A DNA stretch of 64,000 bases from Dehalococcoidia bacterium (GTDB lineage: Bacteria; Chloroflexota; Dehalococcoidia; Lucifugimonadales; UBA3495). Below, one piece after another: positions 36,723-46,037 of the stretch. The DNA lies in the NCBI GenBank assembly GCA_963664725.1, contig OY761558.1:25938-89937 (forward strand). Direction: 5' to 3'. The notes below the pieces were generated by a model. The model saw only the letters and a list, made by a program, of their open reading frames with translations, made no database searches and was not told the DNA's origin. How positions within the stretch are numbered: the stretch's first letter is position 1; each line of letters starts with the position of its first letter. The translations under genes and the position numbers were made by a program.

Positions 36723-38138
36723 ATGGCTTCAGAAATAAGGTTTGGCACCGATGGCTGGCGCGCCATCATCGCCCAGGACTTCACCTTTGCCAACGTCGCT
36801 CGTTGTGCCCAGGGTCTGGTCGATTACCTGAAGGACACAGGCACTGCTGACCGCGGATTGGTGGTGGGGTACGACACACGGTTCCTTTCCCGCGAGTTTG
36901 CTGAGACTGTGGCCTGCGTTTGCGCTGGCAACGGCGTGCGTGCCTGGTTAACTCGGGAGGCCGCGCCCACACCGGTGGTCAGCTACAGTGTCCTGGACCG
37001 GCAAGCGGCCGGGGCGGCGATCATCACCGCCAGCCACAACCCCGGCATCTGGAACGGTTTCAAGTTTAAGCCCGAATACGCCGGCAGCGCCACCGACGAG
37101 ATTACCGGTCGTCTGGAAGACAAGATCGACCTTGTCGCTGAACCCGCAACCATGTCCCTGGCTGAAGGAAAGGATAGGGGACTGATTGTTGAATTCGACC
37201 CCAAGCCGCCTTACCTGGAAGGCATAGGGGCGTTGGTGGACCTCCCGGCTTTAAGGGACGCTGGAATCAAGGTGATGGTCGATTCCATGTTTGGGGCCGG
37301 GGCCGGCTATATCGCCGACTTGGTTTCTGGCGGCAGCACCACAGTTACCGAAATGAACGGTTACCGCAACCCGGCCTTTCCCGGCATGGACCAGCCCGAA
37401 CCAATCGGCCACAACCTGCATGGTCTCCTGGCCAAGGTCCCGACAGAAGGCGCTTCAGTGGGCATTGCCCTGGACGGCGACGCCGACCGTGTCGGCATCG
37501 TTGACGAGAAGGGCAATTTCATTAGCACCCTGGAAGTATTTTCCCTGCTCGCCCTTTACCTGCTCGAGCACAAGGGCATGCGCGGCCCCCTGGTCAAGGG
37601 CATCACATCGTCCATCATGCTGAACAAACTGGCTGAACGCTACGGTGTGGACGTTCACGACATGCCTGTGGGCTTCAAGCACATTGGCCCCAAGTTCAGC
37701 GAGGTGGACGGAATCATGGGCGGCGAGGAGAGCGGAGGTTTCGCATTTCGGGGCCACATCCCAGAGCGGGACGGTATCCTGAGCGGTCTGTATGTGCTTG
37801 AGTTCATGGCCCGCACCGGTAAAACGCCTGCCCACCTGATTGCGGATCTGTTCGCTATGGTGGGCCCCCACTACTATCGCAGGCGCGATGTTGCCTTCGA
37901 TGCAACGGCACGCACAGAGATCCGGGCCCGGATCCATTCAGACCAACTTACCGAACTAGCCGGGTTGAAAGTGCGTAAATCCGACGAAATAGACGGCAAG
38001 CGCCTATTCTTTGACAACGCCTGGCTTGCTGCCCGCTTCTCCGGCACCGAACCTCTGCTCCGCATCTACTGCGAGGCCGAAAGCCCCGGAATGGTGGACA
38101 AACTGCTGGACGCGGCTGCGGACTATTTGGGCGTCTAA
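36723..38138 (+). CDS. phosphoglucomutase/phosphomannomutase family protein
   Basis: Start trimmed to the ATG at 36723 (AGGGAG upstream). MASEIRFGTDGWRAII.., active-site TASHNPGIWNGFKF, metal loop ALDGDADRVGIVD. Confidence 0.85.
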   Translation: MASEIRFGTDGWRAIIAQDFTFANVARCAQGLVDYLKDTGTADRGLVVGYDTRFLSREFAETVACVCAGNGVRAWLTREAAPTPVVSYSVLDRQAAGAAIITASHNPGIWNGFKFKPEYAGSATDEITGRLEDKIDLVAEPATMSLAEGKDRGLIVEFDPKPPYLEGIGALVDLPALRDAGIKVMVDSMFGAGAGYIADLVSGGSTTVTEMNGYRNPAFPGMDQPEPIGHNLHGLLAKVPTEGASVGIALDGDADRVGIVDEKGNFISTLEVFSLLALYLLEHKGMRGPLVKGITSSIMLNKLAERYGVDVHDMPVGFKHIGPKFSEVDGIMGGEESGGFAFRGHIPERDGILSGLYVLEFMARTGKTPAHLIADLFAMVGPHYYRRRDVAFDATARTEIRARIHSDQLTELAGLKVRKSDEIDGKRLFFDNAWLAARFSGTEPLLRIYCEAESPGMVDKLLDAAADYLGV

Positions 38139-38160
38139 CATTCAGCCGTGCAAGATGGTG

Positions 38161-38192
38161 GGGGCGGCCATTCGGGCCGCCCCTTTTCTTTT
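38161..38192 (+). terminator. intrinsic terminator after the PGM-family gene
   Basis: GGGGCGGCC-attcg-GGCCGCCCC followed by TTTTCTTTT. Confidence 0.8.
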
Positions 38193-38345
38193 GCAGGATG
38201 GCACGAGAGTGGGCAAGAGAAGCATATTTTGATCTTCCGTCCGGATTAGAAACTCGGCCGCGCGGCAGGAACAGCATCCACCTTTCTACTGGGCCAGTGC
38301 GCCGGATATAATGGAAGGAGGAAATTTGTTGAGGAAGGTCCGCAC

Positions 38346-39230
38346 GTGTTCACCGCAACGGAAGGAAACAAGTACCGGGGTTACATAATTACAGGTCTGG
38401 TGGCGGCCGGGGCCATCCTGTTAGCCATTGTGGGTTCGCAGACTATCGGCGGCGGCGCCGGGATTGACTCCATCAACCTGTTCGTTGAACGCCTGTCTGG
38501 TCAGTCCGGTTCATTTCTTGGCGGGCTGGTAACGGCCACCTCCTTCTTTGCCTTCGCGGCCGGCCTGGCATCGGCGGTCAACCCCTGCGGATTTGCCATG
38601 CTACCAGCTTACCTGGGCCTGTACCTGGGTTCCGGAGTGGCGGGAGACGGGGCGGGTCCGGCACGACAGTTGACCCAGGCTCTGCTGGTCGGGGCAGCGG
38701 TAACCGCGGGTTTTATCGTGCTGTTCGGGTTGGCGGGAACAATTATAGGATTCGGGGCGTCCTTCGTGGTCAGCTACATCCCCTGGATTGGGTTGATTAT
38801 CGGAGTGGTCCTGACCCTGACCGGCGCCTGGCTCGTGGGCGGCGGAAAATTGTACACGGGAATAGCTGCACAGGCAGCGTCCCGCATTGGCAACCCCGGA
38901 CAGGTGAGCGTCAAGGGTTACTTCCTGTTCGGCATAAGTTACGGTGTAGCGTCGCTGAGTTGCACCCTGCCCATCTTCCTGGCAGTGCTGGGACTATCGG
39001 CGGCGGACACAAGCTTCCTGAGCACTGTGCTGAACTTCCTTCTGTTCGCCCTGGGCATGGGCCTGGTGATAATGGTGCTAACCCTGGGCATAGCCTTCTT
39101 CCGCAGCGCCATGGTGGGCGGCCTGCGAAAGGCACTGCCTTATATCCAACCCATCGGCTACTGGCTGATGGTGCTGGCTGGAACCTACATAATCTTCTAC
39201 TGGCTGACCATCGGGGGACTCCTGCAGTAA
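38346..39230 (+). CDS. cytochrome c biogenesis CcdA/DsbD-like transmembrane protein
   Basis: 294 aa, multi-pass membrane protein. GTG start with GAGGAAGG upstream. Signature: AVNPCGFAMLPAYLGLYLG. A second Cys lies in a TM segment (VASLSCTLPIFLAV). Confidence 0.7.
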   Translation: MFTATEGNKYRGYIITGLVAAGAILLAIVGSQTIGGGAGIDSINLFVERLSGQSGSFLGGLVTATSFFAFAAGLASAVNPCGFAMLPAYLGLYLGSGVAGDGAGPARQLTQALLVGAAVTAGFIVLFGLAGTIIGFGASFVVSYIPWIGLIIGVVLTLTGAWLVGGGKLYTGIAAQAASRIGNPGQVSVKGYFLFGISYGVASLSCTLPIFLAVLGLSAADTSFLSTVLNFLLFALGMGLVIMVLTLGIAFFRSAMVGGLRKALPYIQPIGYWLMVLAGTYIIFYWLTIGGLLQ

Positions 39231-39260
39231 GGACTGCAAGGGGCCCTTCACGAAAGCGGC

Positions 39261-39295
39261 AAAAATAACGGGGACGGTCCAGACGGACCGTCCCC
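39261..39295 (-). terminator. intrinsic terminator ending the ribosomal supercluster (after rpsI)
   Basis: GGGGACGGTCC-agac-GGACCGTCCCC is a perfect 11-bp stem (39270-39295). On the minus strand it is followed by GTTATTTTT. Confidence 0.8.
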
Positions 39296-39320
39296 AAAGT
39301 ATGCGGGAACCGGAGCGTGA

Positions 39321-39734
39321 TTAACGCTTGGTGTACTGGGGCGCGCGGCGGGCCCGCTTCAGGCCGTATTTCTTGCTTTCCTTGATACGGGAATCCCGGG
39401 TTACCAGGCCGTGCCGCCGCAGGGTCGCCTTGAGTCCGGCGTCGTACACAATGAGGGCACGCGCAATGCCGTGCCGGATGGCTTCCGCCTGGGCGTTTAC
39501 ACCGCCGCCAGTTACCTTGGCAACAAGCTGGAACTGGTTCCTGGTGTTGGTCACCTTGAAGGGCTCGTCAATCACGACCTGCCAGGGCAGCCAATTGAAG
39601 TACTCCTCCACCAGCTTGCCGTTGACCAGCATGGGACCACTTTCCGAAGTTGGATAAAGTCGCACTCTGGCGATGGCCGTCTTGCGCTTTCCCGTACCGT
39701 AGAAATACTGCTGCTGTGTTTCCGCCTGCACCAA
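39321..39734 (-). CDS. rpsI: 30S ribosomal protein S9
   Basis: 137 aa. YGTGKRKTAIARVRL.., ..GGGVNAQAEAIRHGIARAL.., C-terminus KKYGLKRARRAPQYTKR. Confidence 0.97.
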   Translation of the reverse strand: MVQAETQQQYFYGTGKRKTAIARVRLYPTSESGPMLVNGKLVEEYFNWLPWQVVIDEPFKVTNTRNQFQLVAKVTGGGVNAQAEAIRHGIARALIVYDAGLKATLRRHGLVTRDSRIKESKKYGLKRARRAPQYTKR

Positions 39735-39752
39735 AGCTTGTAACCTTCCTTC

Positions 39753-40199
39753 TTATCCTTGTGTTTGTTCCGATAGCTGGCCTACCTGGGCCTGATGGGG
39801 GTGGGTATCTCCGGCGTAGACCTTGAGACGCTTCAACATCTCCCTGCCCATCTTGTTGCGAGGCAGCATACCCCTGACCGCCAGTTGGAGAACGCGGTCC
39901 GGATGGTCTTCCAACACATCTCTGAGGATGAAGCTCTTCAGATTTCCCACGTAACCGCTGTGGCGATAGTAGGTCTTCTGCAGGAGCTTGTCGCCGGTGA
40001 TCCTGACTTTATCCATGTTGACCACGATCACGTGGTCGCCGGTCAGTACATGCGGAGTGTATGTTGGCTTGTCTTTGCCCTGAAGGGCCACCGCCACATC
40101 TCTAGCCAGCCTGCCCAGGGACTTGCCCGTGGCGTCGATAAGTCTCCAGTTTTGCGGTACTTGACCCGTCTTGGGGAAATAAGTGCTTGTTCTTTTCAT
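39753..40199 (-). CDS. rplM: 50S ribosomal protein L13
   Basis: 148 aa. ..WRLIDATGKSLGRLA..LQGKDKPTYTPH..GD.VIVVN..K..TG.K...K.YYRHSGY.G. Confidence 0.97.
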   Translation of the reverse strand: MKRTSTYFPKTGQVPQNWRLIDATGKSLGRLARDVAVALQGKDKPTYTPHVLTGDHVIVVNMDKVRITGDKLLQKTYYRHSGYVGNLKSFILRDVLEDHPDRVLQLAVRGMLPRNKMGREMLKRLKVYAGDTHPHQAQVGQLSEQTQG

Positions 40200-40215
40200 A
40201 TCTTTGTTCGACTCT

Positions 40216-41043
40216 TTACCAGGGATTCTTGTACTTTACCTCTACCAGGCAGAGACCCTTCGCGGGAAGTGTCGGAATGGCCTCGATTGAAATGCCCGTC
40301 GCACCTGCCGAATGCTCCATAAGGATGTCGTGAATTGCCCCGATTGGCATTTTCCCCTTACCTACTGCCACCAGCGCCGCGTTGATCCGGCGGATCTGGT
40401 GCTGCATGAAGCCGCTGGCTTCACAGGTGATGTTAATGATGTCCTGCTCATCCTGGGATGGAGCTACGTCCCACCGGTCTACGCGCCGAACCGAGCTCCT
40501 GTCTGCGGGGTGGGTCGGCGCGAAGGGTCTGAAATCGTGAACACCTGCCAGATCCTTTGCCGCCTGGTTCATATATTCAACAGTTAAAGGTTCCGCTATC
40601 CAGTGGCTGTCCCGCCGCCAAATGGCTGACGGACGCGGCCGGTTCAAAATGCGATACCGGTAAGTCCTGCTTAACGCATCCCTGCGTGAATTGAAGCTAA
40701 GGTCTACCTGCGCCGCATGTATTATCCTGATGTCTGCAGGAAGGTAGTAATTCAGGGCCCTCACAAAGGTTTCGGGTGCGTAACTGCTCGCTGTCTCGAA
40801 ATCCACTACCTGGCCCAGGGCGTGGGCTCCGGAGTCCGTTCTACTGGCCCCCCGAACCCTGATATTCTCTCCAGTCAGCCGGTATAGTGCCTTTTCCAGT
40901 TCCCCCTGAATGGTGGACTCTTGGGCTTGCAACTGGAAGCCCGCATATTCGGTACCTTCGTATTCAACCACCAGGGCCAGGCGCCGCGCCATCGTCTGCG
41001 ACTCTGAACTTTCCTCACTTACGTTGGAACCGTCAGGCGCCAC
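40216..41043 (-). CDS. truA: tRNA pseudouridine(38-40) synthase
   Basis: RLALVVEYEGTEYAGFQ.Q, catalytic GASRTDSGAHALGQV. The longest ORF starts at the GTG at 41043. The ATG at 40992 (MARRLALVV..) is an equally plausible start. Confidence 0.9.
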   Translation of the reverse strand: MAPDGSNVSEESSESQTMARRLALVVEYEGTEYAGFQLQAQESTIQGELEKALYRLTGENIRVRGASRTDSGAHALGQVVDFETASSYAPETFVRALNYYLPADIRIIHAAQVDLSFNSRRDALSRTYRYRILNRPRPSAIWRRDSHWIAEPLTVEYMNQAAKDLAGVHDFRPFAPTHPADRSSVRRVDRWDVAPSQDEQDIINITCEASGFMQHQIRRINAALVAVGKGKMPIGAIHDILMEHSAGATGISIEAIPTLPAKGLCLVEVKYKNPW

Positions 41044-41065
41044 TCGATACTCTGCTTATAACCGG

Positions 41066-41419
41066 TTAGACCAACTCAATGACCGCCATCTGGGCGCCAT
41101 CTCCCTGGCGGGGACCCAGCTTAACAATCCTGGTATAGCCACCCGGGCGCGTCTCGTAGCGTGGGGCCAGGTCGTCAAACACCTTCTTGACCACCTGCTT
41201 GTTGGGAATCTGCGCCAGGGCCAGGCGGCGATGGTGCAAATTGCCCTTTTTGCCGTGAGTGATCAATTTCTCGGCCACAATTCGGGTTTCCTTGGCCTTG
41301 GCCAGGGTAGTGGTAATACGTTCGTGCCGGATCAACTCACAAGTCAGGCCCCGAAGCAAGGCCTTCCGTTGGTCCTTGTATCGGCTGAGATTGCGGCCGG
41401 CTACTCGGTGGGATGCCAT
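41066..41419 (-). CDS. rplQ: 50S ribosomal protein L17
   Basis: 117 aa. HR..GR.LSR....R.ALLR.L...LI.HERI.TT..KAKE.R..AEKLIT. Confidence 0.97.
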   Translation of the reverse strand: MASHRVAGRNLSRYKDQRKALLRGLTCELIRHERITTTLAKAKETRIVAEKLITHGKKGNLHHRRLALAQIPNKQVVKKVFDDLAPRYETRPGGYTRIVKLGPRQGDGAQMAVIELV

Positions 41420-41422
41420 GGC

Positions 41423-42595
41423 CTAGCACTCCTCCTCTTCTTCTTCAAAGTCATAGTCCAGGTCGTCGTCAAAGTCATCGTCGTCGTCGCCCATACTGGC
41501 CAGGGCGCCGATCAGGTTATCCATGCCCTGGGATGACGGTATAACCGCAATGCCTTCCATCGCGTTCTCATCATCCTCAGCATCTGCCTGCGCTGCGTCT
41601 ACAAGTGCGCCGGACGTTTCGCCTGAGCCCGCTCCCACGCCTTGTTCGGCCAATCGGGAGCGTAATTCGCTCAGCGATTTCTCGCCAAAGTTACGAATCT
41701 TCAACAACTCATCGTCAGACATTTCCAGCACTTCACCGACCCTGGTGATGTGAGCCCGCTTCAGGCAATTCAGGGTGCGATGCGACAACTCCAGCCGTTC
41801 GATGGGAGTCTGGTAAAGCTCCGGCGACAAGTTCAGGCTGGGCCGGCTGGTCAGCGTGGCGCCGCCGCCGGCCAGGTTCTTGAAAAGGAAGAAGTCCTCC
41901 ACCAGGGAATCGGCAGCCTCGCTCAGCGCATCCAGCGGAGAAATTGTTCCGTCCGTCCAGAGCTCCAGCACCAGTCTTTCGTAGTCAGTCCTCTGGCCTA
42001 CCCTGGTGGGTTCCCTGGTGTAATTGACCTTCCTGACCGGGTTGAAAATGGCGTCCACCGGCAGCACACCCACCTGGAGACCTGAACTGCCTTCGGCCTG
42101 GGTGGCCGGTCGGTAACCCAGGCCCGACTCGACGTTAAACTCGATGGACAGGGTAGCTTCTGCATCATCCAGCGTGGCCAGGTGCAACTCCGGGTTCACA
42201 ATCTCAAAGTCACTGGAGGTTGCAATGTCCCCGGCGCAGATCCTGCCCTCGCCCTGCACGTCAAGACGCATTTTTCCGGTCCGGTCGCTCTGGGCGTGGA
42301 TGCGGATTCGCTTGATGTTCAGAAGCAGGTCCATGACCTCTTCCTTGACGCCCTGTATCGCCGTGTATTCATGCACCACGTTTTCAATCTTCACCCACGT
42401 GATGGCGCTGCCCCGTATGGAGCTGAGCAGGAACCTCCGAATCGGGTTGCCAATGGTATGAGCAAATCCCGGAACCAGGGGTTCCAGGGCAACCATAGCG
42501 TACTCATCCGTGGATTCCAGCACGGTAATGCCAGGTTTGATATTCTCGGTCGCCCCTTCAGGCGGTGCCGATGGGAGGATATAAGTATCCAGCAT
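41423..42595 (-). CDS. rpoA: DNA-directed RNA polymerase subunit alpha, with a roughly 70-aa acidic C-terminal extension
   Basis: 390 aa. NTD: GFAHTIGNPIRRFLLSSIRGSAIT. CTD: IERLELSHRTLNCLKRAHITRVGEVLEMSDDELLKIRNFGEKSLSEL. Tail: ..AQADAEDDENAMEG..GDDDDDFDDDLDYDFEEEEEEC. Confidence 0.95.
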   Translation of the reverse strand: MLDTYILPSAPPEGATENIKPGITVLESTDEYAMVALEPLVPGFAHTIGNPIRRFLLSSIRGSAITWVKIENVVHEYTAIQGVKEEVMDLLLNIKRIRIHAQSDRTGKMRLDVQGEGRICAGDIATSSDFEIVNPELHLATLDDAEATLSIEFNVESGLGYRPATQAEGSSGLQVGVLPVDAIFNPVRKVNYTREPTRVGQRTDYERLVLELWTDGTISPLDALSEAADSLVEDFFLFKNLAGGGATLTSRPSLNLSPELYQTPIERLELSHRTLNCLKRAHITRVGEVLEMSDDELLKIRNFGEKSLSELRSRLAEQGVGAGSGETSGALVDAAQADAEDDENAMEGIAVIPSSQGMDNLIGALASMGDDDDDFDDDLDYDFEEEEEEC

Positions 42596-42603
42596 GCGAC
42601 CTA

Positions 42604-43230
42604 CTACCTCGAATAGAACTCTACTATCAACCTGGAGTTAATGGACTGGGACAAGTCTTCGTCTGCGGGTAGGGATACCACTTCTCCCACCATCTCATTC
42701 ACATCCAGTGCCAGCCAGGAAGGCACGGGCCGTTTGGGTATGCCGTCGGTCCGCTCCCTGAAAAAATCTGAATTCTTGGACGATTCTTTCCATGCCACGG
42801 TATCGCCCATCTTCACCAAGAAGGAAGGAATGTTGGTCTTCACGCCCCTGACCGTAAAATGGCCGTGGCGAACCATCTGCCGCGCCTGCTTCCGTGAGTC
42901 GGCAAAACCCAGCAGGTAGACTACATTGTCCAGCCGGCGCTCCAGGGTGCGCAAAAGGTTCACACCGCTGATTCCGGGGGTGCTGAAGGCCTCCGACATG
43001 TACCGGCGGAATTGCCCTTCCATAATTCCGTAGATCTGGCGGGCCTTCTGTTTTTCCCGCAGGTGAACGCCATAATCCGACGGACGCCGGCGGCGGTTAT
43101 TCTGGTTTCCCGGAGGTGAATGACGGCGTTCCACCGCGCACCGGGGCGTAAAGCACCGGTCGCCCTTCAGGAATAGTTTCTCGCCTGCCCTCCGGCAAAG
43201 CCGGCACGATGGACCTGTATATCTTCCCAT
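42604..43230 (-). CDS. rpsD: 30S ribosomal protein S4
   Basis: 208 aa. MGRYTGPSCRLCRRAGEKLFLKGDRC.. plus an S4 RNA-binding domain. Confidence 0.97.
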   Translation of the reverse strand: MGRYTGPSCRLCRRAGEKLFLKGDRCFTPRCAVERRHSPPGNQNNRRRRPSDYGVHLREKQKARQIYGIMEGQFRRYMSEAFSTPGISGVNLLRTLERRLDNVVYLLGFADSRKQARQMVRHGHFTVRGVKTNIPSFLVKMGDTVAWKESSKNSDFFRERTDGIPKRPVPSWLALDVNEMVGEVVSLPADEDLSQSINSRLIVEFYSR

Positions 43231-43240
43231 AATCCTTCTT

Positions 43241-43624
43241 CTATACCCTTCGTCGCTTCGGCGGCCTGCAGCCGTTGTGCGGAATTGGAGTTACGTCGCG
43301 GATGCTGGTTACCATTAGGCCCGCACCCTGCAGCGACCTGATGGCCGCTTCCCGGCCAGCCCCGGGGCCCTTGATATGTACGTCAATCATGCGCAGGCCC
43401 ATGTCCATGCCCCGCCTGGCGGCCTGTTCTGCGGCCCGCTGGGCGGCGAAGGCAGTGCCTTTGCGGGAACCCTTGAAGCCAACGGTTCCGGCGCTGGCCG
43501 ACGCGATAACATTGCCGTCCGAATCGGTAATGCTGACCAACGTATTGTTAAAGGTGGAGTAAATGTAGGCCCGCCCCTGGGGCACCGTTCGACGCTCCCG
43601 CCGGCGAGTTCGTGGTCTGGGCAT
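43241..43624 (-). CDS. rpsK: 30S ribosomal protein S11
   Basis: 127 aa. ..[18 protein letters not shown]....[19 protein letters not shown].. C-terminus [13 protein letters not shown]. Confidence 0.97.
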   Translation of the reverse strand: MPRPRTRRRERRTVPQGRAYIYSTFNNTLVSITDSDGNVIASASAGTVGFKGSRKGTAFAAQRAAEQAARRGMDMGLRMIDVHIKGPGAGREAAIRSLQGAGLMVTSIRDVTPIPHNGCRPPKRRRV

Positions 43625-43650
43625 AAACTTCCCTCAAATTTGTTACGGCT

Positions 43651-44043
43651 TTACTTCTTTCCACCGGTGCGGCGACCGCGGCCAGCCACGGTCCGGCGAG
43701 GACCCTTGCGGGAACGGGCGTTGGTTCGAGTGCGCTGCCCGTTTACCGGCAGGCCCCTGCGATGACGTAGTCCCCGATAAGAGCCTATTTCGATCAGGCG
43801 GCGGATGTTCTGGTTAACGTCCCGACGCAAATCGCCTTCGGTCAGGTACTCCCGGTCCACAATCTCGCGAATCCGGTCCACCTGGTTTTCATCCAACTCG
43901 TACATCCTGGGCGACATATCCGGGTCGATACCCACCTTCTCCAGGATTTCGGCGGCGACAACCGGCCCAACGCCGTAAATGCTGCGCAGGGCAATATGGG
44001 CCCTCTTCCGGTCGGGCACGTCTACTCCGGCAATACGTACCAT
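43651..44043 (-). CDS. rpsM: 30S ribosomal protein S13
   Basis: 130 aa. [22 protein letters not shown].., ..[27 protein letters not shown]. Confidence 0.97.
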   Translation of the reverse strand: MVRIAGVDVPDRKRAHIALRSIYGVGPVVAAEILEKVGIDPDMSPRMYELDENQVDRIREIVDREYLTEGDLRRDVNQNIRRLIEIGSYRGLRHRRGLPVNGQRTRTNARSRKGPRRTVAGRGRRTGGKK

Positions 44044-44071
44044 ATCCTTAGCCTCCTGAAAATGAGATCAA

Positions 44072-44185
44072 CTAACCCTGCCGCTGGGCATGACGGGCGT
44101 TGGAGCAAATAATCCGCACAACACCCTTTCGTTTGATGACGCGGCACTTGTCGCACCTGGGTTTCACTGATGCAGTTACTTTCAT
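44072..44185 (-). CDS. rpmJ: 50S ribosomal protein L36
   Basis: Below the ORF-track length cut-off. My minus-strand translation is [37 protein letters not shown] (37 aa, CxxC..C..H zinc motif). It sits between infA and rpsM as in most bacteria. Confidence 0.93.
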   Translation of the reverse strand: MKVTASVKPRCDKCRVIKRKGVVRIICSNARHAQRQG

Positions 44186-44228
44186 AATGTTCTCCCGGCT
44201 ACCGAAGGGAAGGTCGCCAAGGTCTGCC

Positions 44229-44447
44229 TTACTTGAAGCGGTAAGTGATTCTGCCCCGGCTCAAATCGTAAGGGGACAGTTCCACCAGCACCCGGTCTCC
44301 CGGGAGCACCCGGATGAAGTGCATTCGAATCTTTCCCGATACATGGGCCAAAACCTGGTGGTCGTTGGGAAGTTCCACCCGGAACATGCCGTTGGGCAAA
44401 GCTTCGGTTACCTTGGCTTCTACTTCAATAGCTTCCTTCTTCGGCAT
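44229..44447 (-). CDS. infA: translation initiation factor IF-1
   Basis: 72 aa. ..[63 protein letters not shown]. Confidence 0.97.
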   Translation of the reverse strand: MPKKEAIEVEAKVTEALPNGMFRVELPNDHQVLAHVSGKIRMHFIRVLPGDRVLVELSPYDLSRGRITYRFK

Positions 44448-44505
44448 AACCCTCCTAGAAGTTGTGCTCCTCGAATTGGGCCGTGGTCAATTCGGTCGGT
44501 CGTTC

Positions 44506-45312
44506 TTAATTGTGCTTAGTCAGGATTTCGGGGCCATCTTCCGTAATGGCGATAGTATGCTCGAAATGAGAGGACAGCAAACCATCGGCGGTTACCACCG
44601 TCCAGTTATCGTCCAGGATCCTGGTCCGCCAGTCACCCATGTTGAGCATCGGTTCGATAGCAATACACATGCCGGCTCGCAGCAACTGGCCCCGTCCCGG
44701 CTGGCCGTAGTTGGGCACCTGAGGGTCTTCGTGCAAGAAGCGGCCTATGCCATGGCCCACAAACTCCCGCACCACGCCATATCCCCTTGCCTCGCTAAAA
44801 GTCTGGACCGCCGCGCCAATGTCCCCAATCCGGTTCCCCGGTCGGGCCGCATCGATACCCTCCTCGAGGCTCAGGCGCGTGGCTTCCATCAGGTCAATAG
44901 CTTCCTGGTTCACCTCGCCGACGGCCACGGAAACCGCAGCGTCGCCGATGAACCCCTCGATGGTGGCGCCCACGTCCATCTTGATGATGTCACCTTCCTT
45001 GAGCACACGCTTGCCAGGAATGCCGTGGACAATCTCCTCATTGACGGAAGCGCAGATAGTGCCAGGAAAGCCCCGATAGCCCTTGAAGGCCGGCTTGGCG
45101 CCGTGGCCAGTTATATTCTTGTAAGCAATGCTGTCCAGTTCTTTGGTGGTAATGCCCGGTACGACAGAACGCTTCAACAGGGTCAAGGTGTCCCCCACTA
45201 TGGAGCCTGCAACGCGCATGGCGTCCAGTTCCTGGGCCGACTTGATGGTAATCCCGCCGTTATAGGTTGACGCCGAATTAGAGGCGGTTTCAACTTTTGA
45301 TTTTCGATTCAT
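44506..45312 (-). CDS. map: type I methionine aminopeptidase
   Basis: 268 aa. ..GYRGFPGTICASVNEEIVHGIPG...L.EGDIIK.DVGA...G..GD.A.., ..EFVGHGIG...HE.P.V.NY... Confidence 0.95.
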   Translation of the reverse strand: MNRKSKVETASNSASTYNGGITIKSAQELDAMRVAGSIVGDTLTLLKRSVVPGITTKELDSIAYKNITGHGAKPAFKGYRGFPGTICASVNEEIVHGIPGKRVLKEGDIIKMDVGATIEGFIGDAAVSVAVGEVNQEAIDLMEATRLSLEEGIDAARPGNRIGDIGAAVQTFSEARGYGVVREFVGHGIGRFLHEDPQVPNYGQPGRGQLLRAGMCIAIEPMLNMGDWRTRILDDNWTVVTADGLLSSHFEHTIAITEDGPEILTKHN

Positions 45313-45371
45313 GCTTTCCGACCTACTATCAACTTTGGCAATTGCAAAACTGAATTGTAACCTTACTGAAC

Positions 45372-46034
45372 CTACGTGTCCAGTTCAAGGGCTTGCAGGG
45401 CTCGAGCGTTGATTTCCCCTACAGCGCCCACGCCTGAAATATCAGTTAGCAGGCCGTTCTCCCGGTAGAACTCCAGCACCGGCGCCGTCTGTTCCTGATA
45501 CACCCCGATCCTGACCTGGACTGCTTCAGGTCGGTCGTCCTCTCGTTGATACAACTCACCACCGCACCGACTGCATGGCGGGGGTGAATCAAACTGGTCG
45601 GGTTCAAGGTTAAAGGGGGACTGGCAGGATCGGCAAAGAAAACGACCGCCGAGCCTCCTGACCAGTTCATCCTCTGGAACATCCACCAGCAAAGCGCTGT
45701 CTAACGCCATGGCTCTCTCATGCAGGGCCTTTTCCAGCGCAACGGCCTGTTCCCGGGTGCGGGGAAAGCCGTCCAAGATGAAGCCGGACGCCTGCCCCTG
45801 TTCCATTACCTTGTCCAGGACCATTTCAATTACCAGGTCATCTGGCACCAGCAACCCCTGGTTCATGAATTCCGCCGCCTTGGTCCCTAACGGTGTCCCC
45901 TGTTGCAGGTGAAACCGAAACAGGTCCCCAGAACTGATGTGGGCGAGCCCCAGGCGGTCCTTCAACAACTGGGCCTGGGTCCCCTTGCCGGCCCCGGGCG
46001 GCCCAAACAACGCAATGCGAAGGGTCGACGACAA
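45372..46034 (-). CDS. adk: adenylate kinase (zinc-lid type)
   Basis: 220 aa. P-loop LFGPPGAGKGTQA, ..ISSGDLFR.., lid CRSCQSPFN...CSRCGGEL. Confidence 0.95.
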   Translation of the reverse strand: MSSTLRIALFGPPGAGKGTQAQLLKDRLGLAHISSGDLFRFHLQQGTPLGTKAAEFMNQGLLVPDDLVIEMVLDKVMEQGQASGFILDGFPRTREQAVALEKALHERAMALDSALLVDVPEDELVRRLGGRFLCRSCQSPFNLEPDQFDSPPPCSRCGGELYQREDDRPEAVQVRIGVYQEQTAPVLEFYRENGLLTDISGVGAVGEINARALQALELDT

Positions 46035-46037
46035 CGC

